From NCBI GenBank assembly GCA_965662845.1, contig CBFIJD010000030.1:1-40810 (forward strand): DNA of 40,810 nt, in the 5' to 3' direction. Shown piece after piece: positions 26,816 through 36,937 of the stretch; the stretch's first letter is position 1; each line of letters begins with the position of its first letter. A model generated the notes under the pieces. It saw nothing but the letters and a program-made list of their open reading frames with translations. It searched no databases and was not told the origin of the DNA. The translations under genes were made by a program, and so were the position numbers. The DNA comes from an uncultured bacterium. Its GTDB lineage: Bacteria > SAR324 > NAC60-12.

Positions 26816-28210
26816 TTACATCGTGCGAGGATCCACAAAGTGTCCGGCTATCGCCGCTGCTGCGGCCATCACAGGGCTGACTAGGTGCGTGCGTCCCCCT
26901 TTGCCCTGGCGCCCTTCGAAGTTGCGGTTGCTGGTAGAGGCGCAGCGTTCGCCCGGTTTCAGGATGTCATCGTTCATCGCGAGGCACATCGAGCAGCCGG
27001 GTTCGCGCCACTCAAAGCCGGCTGCGGTGAAGACTTCGTGTAGGCCTTCTTGCTCGGCTTGGGTTTTGACTAAGCCACTCCCCGGAACGATCATCGCGTG
27101 AACTTTCTCGTTGACTTTACGTCCTTTCACAAAGGCGGCGACCGCGCGTAAGTCTTCGATGCGTGAGTTGGTGCAAGAGCCAATGAACACACGGTCAATC
27201 TGAATGTCTTGGATGCGCATGTTCGGCTGCAGCGCCATGTATTCTAGGGCCCGCGCGATGCTGCGCTGCTCGTTGGTGTCAGCAGCGCTGGCAGGGTCAG
27301 GGACTGTGCCATTGATGTCTGTGACCATCCCTGGATTCGTGCCCCACGTCACTTGCGGCAGGATGTCTTCCGCGGTCAGCACGACCTCCGCGTCGTAGGC
27401 GGCCTCTGCGTCAGAGGCTAGCTCTCGCCACGCCGCGACAGCTTGCTCAAACTGCTCGCCTTTGGGCGCGAACGGGCGCCCCTTCAGATACGCGAAGGTG
27501 ACCTCATCAGGAGCGACGAGCCCAGCGCGCGCGCCCGCCTCAATGCTCATGTTGCAGAGCGTCATCCGCGCCTCCATCGACAGCGCACGGATCGCGTCAC
27601 CGCAATACTCCAGCACATAGCCTGTGCCGCCAGCTGTGCCAATTTTCCCGATGATCGCGAGGATGATGTCTTTGGCTGTGACGTTCCCTGAGAGCTTGCC
27701 TTTGACCTCAATTCTCATCGTCTTGGGCTTCTGCTGCTGGAGCGTTTGGGTGGCCAACACGTGCTCCACTTCAGAAGTGCCAATGCCAAACGCGAGCGCT
27801 CCGAAGGCGCCGTGTGTCGCCGTGTGCGAGTCACCGCAGACGATCGTTGCACCCGGTAAGGTCAACCCTTGTTCGGGGCCAACCACGTGCACAATCCCTT
27901 GGCGCTGGTCACCCAAATCAAAGAGCGTCACGCCGAAGTCCTGACAATTCTGGCGCAGCGTCTCGACTTGCTTGGCAGAGATCGGGTCTTGGATCGGCTG
28001 ATTTTGGTTTTTGGTGGGGACGTTGTGATCAGGGACGGCATAAGTCGCGTCTACGCGACGCACGGATCGTCCCGCGAGGCGCAACCCTTCAAAGGCTTGC
28101 GGCGACGTCACTTCGTGCACTAGGTGGCGATCAATGTAGAGGATGGTGTTGCCATCCTGCTCGTGGACAACGTGTGCGTCCCAAATCTTTTCGAACATGG
28201 TGCGAGCCAT
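26816..28210 (-). CDS. leuC: 3-isopropylmalate dehydratase large subunit
   Basis: [63 protein letters not shown] at 28210. Confidence 0.97.
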   Translation of the reverse strand: MARTMFEKIWDAHVVHEQDGNTILYIDRHLVHEVTSPQAFEGLRLAGRSVRRVDATYAVPDHNVPTKNQNQPIQDPISAKQVETLRQNCQDFGVTLFDLGDQRQGIVHVVGPEQGLTLPGATIVCGDSHTATHGAFGALAFGIGTSEVEHVLATQTLQQQKPKTMRIEVKGKLSGNVTAKDIILAIIGKIGTAGGTGYVLEYCGDAIRALSMEARMTLCNMSIEAGARAGLVAPDEVTFAYLKGRPFAPKGEQFEQAVAAWRELASDAEAAYDAEVVLTAEDILPQVTWGTNPGMVTDINGTVPDPASAADTNEQRSIARALEYMALQPNMRIQDIQIDRVFIGSCTNSRIEDLRAVAAFVKGRKVNEKVHAMIVPGSGLVKTQAEQEGLHEVFTAAGFEWREPGCSMCLAMNDDILKPGERCASTSNRNFEGRQGKGGRTHLVSPVMAAAAAIAGHFVDPRTM

Positions 28211-28441
28211 GAACCCTCTTGAAGCGATGAAAGGCGGAAGAGCGAAAGGCTGCTCAGGCGGGTGCCGATGGGAGTAATCAGAGGCGAGAGCCAGCGCAGA
28301 GATGCCTAGATGAGTGAGAAAAAAGAGCGAAAACCTACACGGAGCCCCGAAGTGAGTCAAGAGTTACGTCGGTGTGACCGCGAGGCGGCTGCGGAACCCA
28401 AGCCCCTTGCAACGAGGAGCGTTCGCTCTGCTGCAGCCCCA

Positions 28442-30103
28442 TCATCCTTGCGCGTTGGGGAGTGGCAGGGCGCCCGCTTGTCCCGCTGGAACATACAGAT
28501 GCAACGCTCGAATGAGCCGACCGTCTAACCGCATCAAGATCTCTCCAGCGAACTCTAACGGAGTGTCAAACTCCCGCTGGAAGTGGCGTCGCGCGTTGTC
28601 GCAGTCGTTCAAATCGCACACAAACAGATAGGCCCCCGAGGCTTTGACTTCGGCGCGGGGAGACCACAAATTGCGCTCCGTTTTTTCCAGACTGTGGGGC
28701 CACGGGTGCTCAGGAAAATAAAAGGAGAGCGCGCTGCTCAGCTGATATTCACGTGTCACGATGTAGCGCGGAGTTGGAAGCTGACGTTTTGTCAACTCGG
28801 CGCGCATCGCAGCCACAGTCTCCGGCCAACGCAAAAACTGGTTGAAGCGGTTGCTGAACGTCGCATGGCCCACGTGACGAATGCGGTCGCCATACAACGC
28901 GATCTCGTCTGCAGAGAGATGTTTGCGCAGATACTCTTCAAACGCTGCGAAGCTATAAACACGCTCTCGGTTATCTTCCAAAAGCGCGATTGTCGTCTCC
29001 GGAAGCCCTTGTTCTCGCAACACGTTCAGGCTCTTCACTTCGAAGGGCTCCCATTCATACAGCGGGTCATAGGTGTTCGCCACAGCGGCGCCAATCAAAG
29101 CCGCGTTCACGATCAACCCTGCCGCGAGTAAGCGAGCTCGCCACGCCTTCCAAAACACAGAGAGGACCTGTCCCAGCAAAACGGCAATCCCCAAATAGAA
29201 GAGGTTCGTCCAATGCGGATCGGCGATCGAACCGCGCAGGCTCATCATCGTGAAAAAGAACAGCGGATACAAAGACAGCACCAACACGACCGACTCCGGA
29301 TTGCGTCCCGACCGAAAGCGATCTCGGAAGCGCCCAAGCGACAGGACACCGGCGACAGCCCACAGGGGCGAGAACAACAAGATGTGCCCGATGATAAAGT
29401 GCAGAGTGTGCTCACCGAACGCAGCGCCTCCCATGCCGCGCCCAAATTGAAAGCGGAAAGAGATCCAGTCACGGTCGGCATTCCACAGCAGAACGGGCGA
29501 AAAGATCGCGAGCGAGATCAGGCCCGCGACATAAAGCCAAGGACTCCACAGCAGCTTGCGGGCGTCTTTGTAGATGAGCGCGTGAAAAAACAGACCAATG
29601 TAAAACAGCAACATGATGAATTTGGACAGCGCCCCCAATCCGCAGACCACCCCAATCGCGAGGAGCCACTTAGGATGAGGCTCCTTGTGATAGCGCACCA
29701 ACAGCATCAGCCCAACCACCCAACAAATCAGGAACGGCTGCGTGATGTGCAGAAAGACCGTCCCTAACGAGAAATAGGGCATCGTGCACAACACCCCCAG
29801 CGTGAGCAGCGCCGCGCGTTCATGAAACATCATCCATGTCAGACGGAAGATCAGATACAGAATGCTCAAGTTCACCAGCTGCGCGCCAATTTCTAGCGTC
29901 GTCTCAGAGTTGCCCCCAAGCGTCGTGATGAGCCGGATGAGCACGGCAACCATCGGCGGGTGTTCGTAGTATGACCAGCTCAGATAACGCGACCACACCC
30001 AGTGATCGAGCATGTCCGGGTGCGGATTCAGGAACTGATTAAGGACCAAAAACACGAGGAAGTTCAGCGTCAGCAGTCCCAACGCTGTGATGTGGGTTCG
30101 CAT
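28442..30103 (-). CDS. ArnT/PMT-like GT-C glycosyltransferase (GT39/GT83-like)
   Basis: HPDMLDHWVWSRYLSWSYYEHPPMVA, GLGALSKF, SPVLLWNA...WISFRFQ, YQLSSALSFY; many TM helices. Confidence 0.82.
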   Translation of the reverse strand: MRTHITALGLLTLNFLVFLVLNQFLNPHPDMLDHWVWSRYLSWSYYEHPPMVAVLIRLITTLGGNSETTLEIGAQLVNLSILYLIFRLTWMMFHERAALLTLGVLCTMPYFSLGTVFLHITQPFLICWVVGLMLLVRYHKEPHPKWLLAIGVVCGLGALSKFIMLLFYIGLFFHALIYKDARKLLWSPWLYVAGLISLAIFSPVLLWNADRDWISFRFQFGRGMGGAAFGEHTLHFIIGHILLFSPLWAVAGVLSLGRFRDRFRSGRNPESVVLVLSLYPLFFFTMMSLRGSIADPHWTNLFYLGIAVLLGQVLSVFWKAWRARLLAAGLIVNAALIGAAVANTYDPLYEWEPFEVKSLNVLREQGLPETTIALLEDNRERVYSFAAFEEYLRKHLSADEIALYGDRIRHVGHATFSNRFNQFLRWPETVAAMRAELTKRQLPTPRYIVTREYQLSSALSFYFPEHPWPHSLEKTERNLWSPRAEVKASGAYLFVCDLNDCDNARRHFQREFDTPLEFAGEILMRLDGRLIRALHLYVPAGQAGALPLPNAQG

Positions 30104-30137
30104 GCAGGGGAGTAACAGAGGTTAGTGAAGTGAGGCG

Positions 30138-32423
30138 TTAGGAGGCTTTGGTCTTACGGCGTGGACGGGGGGGAGGTGCTTCTTGGATGATCTTTTCGCA
30201 CGCGGCCTTATCGAGTGTCTCCGGATCGGTGCCCTTCGGAATTTTGAAGTTCTTCTTGTTGTATTTGATGTAAGGCCCAAAGCGCCCGTTCAGCACTTGG
30301 ATCTCTCCGAAGTCATGCAGCGTGTTCTTCGCTTTGGCGGCTTTGCCCTCACGGATGATCTCCAAGGCGCGCTCCAGATCGACGCTCATCGGGTCTTCCT
30401 CGGTGGGAATCGAGAAGAAGTCTTTGCCCAATTTGACATAAGGCCCATAGCGCCCTCGGTTCACAATCACGTCCTCGCCCGCTTCGTCAGTCCCCAAGTT
30501 GCGGGGCAGGTCAAAGAGCTTGAGGGCGGCTTCCAGTTCAATTTCCTGCATGCCAACCCCCTTCGGCAGCGACGCAAACTTAGGTTTGTCTTCGTCGTCT
30601 TTCGTCCCAATTTGCACCATCGGTCCGTAGCGCCCCACGCGCACGCTGACTTGTCGTCCGGACTGCGGGTCGGTACCGAGCACGCGCTCTCCCTTGTCGG
30701 GGGGCAGGTCTTTTTTCTGCTCAATCGACTCATGAAACGGCCAGTAGAAGTCCCTCATCATCGTCACCCAGTCAGTCTCCTGGTGCGCGACACGATCTAA
30801 GTCTTCCTCAATTTTTTTGGTGAACCCCACATTCACGACGTCGGCAAAGTGATTCACTAGAAAGTTCGTCACGACTTCCCCTAAGTCGGTGGGGCGCAAG
30901 CGTCGATCATCTCCGCGCTCGACGTACTGCCGATCTTGGATCGTAGAGATCGTCGGGGCGTACGTCGAAGGACGCCCGATGCCTTCGCCTTCCAACTTTT
31001 TGACCAGCCCAGCTTCGGTGTAACGCGCGGGAGGCTTCGTGAAGTGCTGCTCGGTGATGACCGCAGGTTTGAGCGTGAGACGCTGATTTTGCTCCACTTT
31101 GGGCAAGATGACGTCCTTGCGCTCCAAGTCAGCTTCAGGATTCTCCGACCCTTCGGTGTAGGCCCGCAAAAAGCCTGGAAAGACGAGGCGCTGGCCTTTG
31201 ACTTCCATTTGACACTCTTGGTCTTTGCCCGCGGTGATGCGCAGCGTCGTCTTCGCGAAGACTGCTTCCGTCATTTGGCAGGCGACCATCCGCTTCCAAA
31301 TCAGGTCATAGAGCTTCGCCTGCTCTGCGCTGAGGTGAGGTCGTACGTCTTGTGGCTTGAGCGACAAATCCACAGGACGAATCGCCTCGTGAGCTTCTTG
31401 AGCGCCTTGCGACTTCGTCTTGAACTGGCGCGGCTTCTTCAGCGCATACACCTCCCCGTATTCTTGCACGATTACCTCGCGTGCCTGCGCCAAACTGTCG
31501 GCCGACAGCGAGGTGGAGTCGGTTCGCATGTAGGTGATCAAGCCGCCGCTGTAGTCTGGGATTTCAAAATTTCCTTCATACAGTTGCTGAGCGACGGCCA
31601 TCGTGCGCTTCACCGAGAAGCCCAATTTGAGCGAGGCTTCCTGCTGCAACGTCGAGGTGGTGAACGGCGGAATCGGCGCCCGTTTGGCTTCCTTCTCCTC
31701 GATTTCACTGATAACAAAGGCCCCTTGGCTGAGAGAATCGGCGATCTCTCGGGCTTGGGTCTCATTGGGGATCGCTTTTTCGGTCTTCTTGCCTTTGTAT
31801 TTTGCGAGTTCAGCGCGGAAGTCCACCTCTTGGAAATCCGCCTTGATGCGCCAGAACTCTTCGGGTTGGAAGTCCCGAATCTCGCGCTCGCGCTCCACAA
31901 TCAGACGCAGCGCGACGCTCTGCACACGCCCGGCAGAGAGCCCAGGTTTGACCTTTGTCCACAGCAACGGCGACAGCTCATAGCCGACGGCGCGGTCTAA
32001 AATCCGGCGCGCTTGCTGGGCGTTCACTAAGGCGTCATCGACTTGCCGTGGATTCTGGAGCGCCTTCAAAATCGCGGTCTTCGTAATCTCATGAAAGACG
32101 ATGCGGTGCTTAGGGTGCTTCTGGATTTTCAGCGCTTCAATCAGGTGCCACGAGATGGACTCTCCTTCGCGGTCTTCGTCCGTTGCCAGAAAGATCGTTG
32201 TGTCTTTCGCGATGTGCTTTTTGATCTCTTGGATGGTCTTCTTCTTGTCTTTGGTGACTTCGTAGAGCGGTGTAAAGTTGTTGTTGGGGTCAAAGCCCAG
32301 CTCGCTAGAGGGTAAATCACGCACGTGCCCCATAGACGCGACAACCGTGTAGTCGTCTGAAAGGAACTTTGTGATTGTCCGAGCCTTTGCCGGTGATTCT
32401 ACAATAATGAGATTTTTCGCCAT
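30138..32423 (-). CDS. topA: DNA topoisomerase I with C-terminal Topo_C repeats
   Basis: IVESPAKARTI, LATDEDREGE, SAGRVQS, catalytic ITYMRTDS, GIGRPSTY, three GR(Y/F)GP repeats. Confidence 0.97.
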   Translation of the reverse strand: MAKNLIIVESPAKARTITKFLSDDYTVVASMGHVRDLPSSELGFDPNNNFTPLYEVTKDKKKTIQEIKKHIAKDTTIFLATDEDREGESISWHLIEALKIQKHPKHRIVFHEITKTAILKALQNPRQVDDALVNAQQARRILDRAVGYELSPLLWTKVKPGLSAGRVQSVALRLIVEREREIRDFQPEEFWRIKADFQEVDFRAELAKYKGKKTEKAIPNETQAREIADSLSQGAFVISEIEEKEAKRAPIPPFTTSTLQQEASLKLGFSVKRTMAVAQQLYEGNFEIPDYSGGLITYMRTDSTSLSADSLAQAREVIVQEYGEVYALKKPRQFKTKSQGAQEAHEAIRPVDLSLKPQDVRPHLSAEQAKLYDLIWKRMVACQMTEAVFAKTTLRITAGKDQECQMEVKGQRLVFPGFLRAYTEGSENPEADLERKDVILPKVEQNQRLTLKPAVITEQHFTKPPARYTEAGLVKKLEGEGIGRPSTYAPTISTIQDRQYVERGDDRRLRPTDLGEVVTNFLVNHFADVVNVGFTKKIEEDLDRVAHQETDWVTMMRDFYWPFHESIEQKKDLPPDKGERVLGTDPQSGRQVSVRVGRYGPMVQIGTKDDEDKPKFASLPKGVGMQEIELEAALKLFDLPRNLGTDEAGEDVIVNRGRYGPYVKLGKDFFSIPTEEDPMSVDLERALEIIREGKAAKAKNTLHDFGEIQVLNGRFGPYIKYNKKNFKIPKGTDPETLDKAACEKIIQEAPPPRPRRKTKAS

Positions 32424-32630
32424 GATTTCGGCTCATTGTGAGAGAGGTGGTGCAAAGCCAAAACTTTTCCCATACCATTCTGAAGTGCGACGAGACAAGC
32501 GCGAATCCGCCGCGAAATAACGCAAAGCCAATCACCATGCCCCAAAGTCTGCAAAAAAACAAGCAGTGCTCCCGGCCTTCGCCTGTACAAAAAAAACCAA
32601 GATTTCACAATCATTTCAACAAATTAACTC

Positions 32631-35183
32631 ATGCCAAACACGCTTTATCTCTCTAGTCTGCGCTACTTGTTGCGTCACCCTTGGCAATTTGGGCTTTCGG
32701 TCTTGGGCGTCGCGCTGGGGGTCGCGATCGTGCTCTCGATTGATTTGACGAATGCCAGCGCCCAGCGTTCGATGCAGCTGGCTGTCCAGAGCGTGAGCGG
32801 CAGAACCACTCACCAAATTGTGGGCGGTGGCCTTGGCCTCTCGGAGGAAACCTATCGGGACGTGCGCCTCGCGGGCGTGCGCAACGCGGCGCCTGTCTTG
32901 GAAGGCTACGTCGTCTTGCCGCAGTTTCCTGACCAAGTCTTTCAGTTGTTAGGAGTCGACCCTTTCGCAGAGCAGCCGTTTCGGCCTTACTTGCGCGAGT
33001 TGAACGGGCAGAGTGAAGGAGGCCTCGGAGCCTTTTTGACGCAGCCCAACGCGGTTGTGTTGTCCGAGACGATGGCGCAGCGGCTCAAGGTCGAGCTAGG
33101 CGACGAGTTCCCTGCGCAAATTGCGGGACTAAACCACAACCTCCACTTGAGCGGGTTCTTGACCTCTAGCGATGAGTTCGCCCAGCAAGCCTTAGAGCGT
33201 CTGTTGATTGTGGACATCAGCACGGCGCAGGCGTTGCTTCAGCAGTCGGGCCAGCTCACTCGCATCGACTTGATTCTTCCCGAAGACGACCCCGCGCAGA
33301 GGCAAGCGGCGCTTGACCAGTTGAGGGCGATCTTGCCCGAAGATGCCCGCTTAGAACCCTCGGCAACCCGCTTGGAATCTGCAGACAAGATGACGCGGGC
33401 GTTTCACCTCAACCTGTCTGCCTTGAGTCTGCTGGCGCTGATCGTAGGGATGTTCCTGATTTACAACACGATGACCTTCTCCATTGTGCAGCGCTACACG
33501 TTGATCGGACAGCTGCGAGCGGTAGGCGTCACTCGTCAAGAGATCTTCCGTTTGATTGTGCTTGAAGCGCTCTTGATTGGTGGACTGGGGACGGTCCTGG
33601 GGGTGATCGGCGGGAGTCAGCTGGCGAAGATTCTTGTGCAGTTCGTCACGCAAACCATCAACGACCTCTACTACGTACTCTCGGTGCGTGAGCTGCAATG
33701 GTCCACATGGTCGCTTGTGAAAGGTGTGGGACTAGGCATCGGCGCGACGGTGCTCGCCGTGATCCCCCCCGCCCGAGAGGCTTCTGGCATCGAGCCGCGC
33801 ACCGTGATGAACCGCTCCGCCAAAGAGGAGTCTTTCCACAAGACATTGCGGCGCGGCGGTTGGCTTGGAGGGGGGCTCTGTGTGATCGGCGCCGGTCTGT
33901 TGCAGATTCCCACCCGAGATTTGATGGTCAGCTATGCGGGCCTCTTCTCGCTCATTGTGGGCTTTGCGCTGCTCACTCCGCATGTGGTGTTGTGGGCGAT
34001 GCGCTGGTTGCGTCCGCTGCTCACCAAGAGTTTTGGGGTGTTGGGCAGCATGGCTGCGCGGGGAGTGCAAACCGAGCTGAGCCGCACCAGCGTCGCCGTC
34101 GCAGCGTTGATGGTCGCGATCTCCGCAGCGATTGGTCTGGGCATCATGGTGGGCAGCTTCCGCCATACGGTCTTCTACTGGCTCGAACAACAACTCTGGG
34201 CAGATGTGTATGTCATCCCGCCCGGCATGTCGCGACACATTGACAAAGTGTTGTTGCCAGAGACCATCGACACCCTGCGCAACGCTCCCGGAGTCGCTGA
34301 CGTGACGCGCAATCGGCGCTTCCAAACCCGCACAGCGAACGGCGCCGAAGTCGAAGTCCTCACCCTTGATCTGCCGCCGCAGGGCTACGCCTCCTATCGC
34401 TTCAAAGAGGTCGCAGAGGATCCGTGGCAAAATTTTGACACCGCGCGCGCGCTGGTCGTTTCCGAACCGCTCGCCAATCGGCTCAACCTCGCGGTGAATG
34501 ACACCGTAGCCTTAGACACACCAACGGGCCTGATCTCCTTTCAGGTGCGGGGCATTTTCTATGATTATGGCTCAGAGCGCGGCCATGTGCTGCTGCATCG
34601 CAGTCATCTTGAGAAGCTGTGGCAAGATCAACGGGTAAACTCGCTTGCGCTTTATCTTGAAGAGGGCTGGACGCCGCAGCGTTTTGAGCAAGCTCTCGCC
34701 ACGATTGATCTGCCGCAACAGCTCGTCATCCGCTCGAACATCTCCCTGCGCGAAGCGAGTCTGGACATCTTTGACCGCACTTTTGCGATCACTGGGGTGT
34801 TGCGTCTGTTGGTGACCGGTGTGGCGTTCATCGGGGTGTTGAGTTCGCTGATGGCCTTGCAGCTGGAGCGGCAACGCGAACTTGGCGTGCTGCGGGCGAC
34901 AGGCATGACCCCAGGCCAACTCTGGCGACTGGTGACCGGACAGTGTGGTTTGATGGGGTTGGTGGCCGGCATCTTTGCCGTACCGGTGGGGATCATGATG
35001 GCGGTCGTGCTGATTTTTGTGATCAACCAGCGCTCGTTTGGTTGGACGTTTCCGACCCTGATTGAGCCACCGGTGCTGCTCTCCAACATTGGGCTGGCCG
35101 TCGTCGCGGCGTTGCTGGCGGGGCTCTATCCCGCGTGGCGCATGTCGCAGATTCCGCCAGCGGTCGTGTTGCGAGAGGAGTGA
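32631..35183 (+). CDS. Large FtsX-like ABC permease with duplicated MacB/FtsX domains (YbbP/AttFG-like)
   Basis: RHPWQFGLSVLGVALGVA, AFHLNLSALSLLAL-VGMFLIYN, LRAVGVT, FDRTFAIT, INQRSFGWT, LYPAWR. Confidence 0.85.
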   Translation: MPNTLYLSSLRYLLRHPWQFGLSVLGVALGVAIVLSIDLTNASAQRSMQLAVQSVSGRTTHQIVGGGLGLSEETYRDVRLAGVRNAAPVLEGYVVLPQFPDQVFQLLGVDPFAEQPFRPYLRELNGQSEGGLGAFLTQPNAVVLSETMAQRLKVELGDEFPAQIAGLNHNLHLSGFLTSSDEFAQQALERLLIVDISTAQALLQQSGQLTRIDLILPEDDPAQRQAALDQLRAILPEDARLEPSATRLESADKMTRAFHLNLSALSLLALIVGMFLIYNTMTFSIVQRYTLIGQLRAVGVTRQEIFRLIVLEALLIGGLGTVLGVIGGSQLAKILVQFVTQTINDLYYVLSVRELQWSTWSLVKGVGLGIGATVLAVIPPAREASGIEPRTVMNRSAKEESFHKTLRRGGWLGGGLCVIGAGLLQIPTRDLMVSYAGLFSLIVGFALLTPHVVLWAMRWLRPLLTKSFGVLGSMAARGVQTELSRTSVAVAALMVAISAAIGLGIMVGSFRHTVFYWLEQQLWADVYVIPPGMSRHIDKVLLPETIDTLRNAPGVADVTRNRRFQTRTANGAEVEVLTLDLPPQGYASYRFKEVAEDPWQNFDTARALVVSEPLANRLNLAVNDTVALDTPTGLISFQVRGIFYDYGSERGHVLLHRSHLEKLWQDQRVNSLALYLEEGWTPQRFEQALATIDLPQQLVIRSNISLREASLDIFDRTFAITGVLRLLVTGVAFIGVLSSLMALQLERQRELGVLRATGMTPGQLWRLVTGQCGLMGLVAGIFAVPVGIMMAVVLIFVINQRSFGWTFPTLIEPPVLLSNIGLAVVAALLAGLYPAWRMSQIPPAVVLREE

Positions 35184-35188
35184 TCGCG

Positions 35189-36922
35189 TCAGGTTGCTGC
35201 GGCTTCTGCCATGTGCACAGTAAGTTGTGGAAACGGGATTCCCCAACCACGTTCGGAGCACGCGCGCACACAAGCCTGCTGCGCCATCCGCCCCACTTTC
35301 CAATAAGACGACGCCGCCGCGCTGTTCATGGTCACGTAGACCAAGTAATCGAGTGAAGAGGCTCCCGCCGCGCTGAAATCGACCAACACATCCTCTACCT
35401 GCGGAGCCAGCTCAGACTTCGCAAACTCCGCCTCAATCGCCGCCTTCAACGCCGCTGGGATCTCTGTGAGGCAGATCGCCTGTAGCGCGTAGTCCACTCC
35501 AAATGTCTGTGAAACCCCAAACTGTCCCGAAGAGAGATTGCGGGGTGAGAGCCCCAGATATGCGCTAGTGGAGAAGGTCCGCACCGATCCCAAAGCCAGC
35601 AATTGAACTACTTCCGGAGTCTGCGCCACCACTTGCCCAAAGGTGCCATCCGAGAGCAACACATAGTCGTCAACGCGCGAGGGGAACCAGACCTCCGCGT
35701 CGCTGTAAGGTCGCGAGATCAACCCAGCCATTTCGGAGAGCGGCAATCGGAGCGGCCCCCCTTGGATGGCAGGGTTGACCAACTGGGAATAGACGTTGAT
35801 GGAGCGCACACGCCACGGGATGCCCTGATACACCACCCGCTCCCCTTCTCGCACGGCTCCCAAGTTGAGAATCAGGCGCGCTTCTGCCAAAAACCGTGAG
35901 AGATAGTTCTTGAGTCCAATCGCCGTTCCGGCCAAGACCAACAACGCCAGACCAAGCAACAGCCAGTCTCCCGTCACATAGAGCACTGCGAGGAAAGAGA
36001 TCAGCGCCGCTAACACCGTGAGCAGTCGATAAACATAAATGAGAATGCGCGAAGACTGACTGCGAATGCGTGCTTCATCCAAGTTTTCGCGTTGCATCAA
36101 TAGCCGCAGTAACGCCTGCATCCCCAGCCAGACGAGAATCGCCGCCCCCATCGCGAGCAACAGGTTCAGCCCCCGCCCCGTCACAAACTCCTGGAGCGCA
36201 TCTCCTGCGTTTTGCCAAAAAGAGCCCTGTCGCTCTTGCAGGTTCTGTAGCTGTACTTGCGCCACTTCCAAATCGCGCTGCGCGTCGTTGCGGCGCTGCT
36301 CCCAGTCCTCACGAATAGCATCCACTCGCCGATTCGTCGCCTTGTCGAGCGCTTTGCGTTCCAGCTGATCAATGCGCTCTAACGCGGCTTCTATCTCTTC
36401 GAGCTGTTGCTCGTAAAAATTGATGGAGCTGCGCAGTCGCTCCAACATGCGCGGGGTTTCTGTGAAGTCTTTCAGCCCCTGAAACAGCGGCTTCAAAATC
36501 TCTAGTAATTCGCCTCGCCAGTCGAACTTCTCGTTGGGAACATCCGCAAAACTCGCCAGATCCACGCCTCCGGTGGCGATAGACTCAAAGGACGACCGCG
36601 ACGCTCGCAACGCCTTCTCATTCTCTTGAATTTGCTCGGTGAGGGCGGAGCGCTCGAGTTCGTCTTTGGTGTTGCGCAGCTTGCGCTGCAAGTCGCGCAG
36701 CTGTTTCTGACGCTCGGTGATCGTGCGCTCCAAGTTGTTCAGGCGAGTGAGCCGTTCCTGACGGCGGATCTCTTCGGGGTCAGGCAGGGGTTCGGCGGCG
36801 ACATTGTCTGACACGGGGGGCTCGGTTTCTTGAGACCAAGCCACGGGGGAACAGCTCAGCCAAACCAGCCATAACAGGCCGATGGCCACCGGAGATCGTA
36901 AGCGAAAATTCATGGCAAACAT
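35189..36922 (-). CDS. MscS-family mechanosensitive channel-like protein with N-terminal periplasmic coiled coil
   Basis: Signal peptide, long coiled coil, 3 TM segments, GERVVYQG..W.V beta domain, C-terminal GIPFPQLTVH. Start could be 36913. Confidence 0.78.
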   Translation of the reverse strand: MFAMNFRLRSPVAIGLLWLVWLSCSPVAWSQETEPPVSDNVAAEPLPDPEEIRRQERLTRLNNLERTITERQKQLRDLQRKLRNTKDELERSALTEQIQENEKALRASRSSFESIATGGVDLASFADVPNEKFDWRGELLEILKPLFQGLKDFTETPRMLERLRSSINFYEQQLEEIEAALERIDQLERKALDKATNRRVDAIREDWEQRRNDAQRDLEVAQVQLQNLQERQGSFWQNAGDALQEFVTGRGLNLLLAMGAAILVWLGMQALLRLLMQRENLDEARIRSQSSRILIYVYRLLTVLAALISFLAVLYVTGDWLLLGLALLVLAGTAIGLKNYLSRFLAEARLILNLGAVREGERVVYQGIPWRVRSINVYSQLVNPAIQGGPLRLPLSEMAGLISRPYSDAEVWFPSRVDDYVLLSDGTFGQVVAQTPEVVQLLALGSVRTFSTSAYLGLSPRNLSSGQFGVSQTFGVDYALQAICLTEIPAALKAAIEAEFAKSELAPQVEDVLVDFSAAGASSLDYLVYVTMNSAAASSYWKVGRMAQQACVRACSERGWGIPFPQLTVHMAEAAAT

Positions 36923-36937
36923 GGGGATAACGCGGGA

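Noticed and set aside
28211..28441. Leucine attenuator upstream of leuC
   Set aside because: No short leader peptide with tandem Leu codons and no terminator hairpin with a U-tract was found.
30936..32000. 354-aa antisense ORF opposite topA, and similar shadow ORFs such as 1405..2061, 33732..34430 and 34572..35303
   Set aside because: They lie opposite well-supported genes, have no recognisable motifs, and are expected from codon bias in GC-rich DNA.
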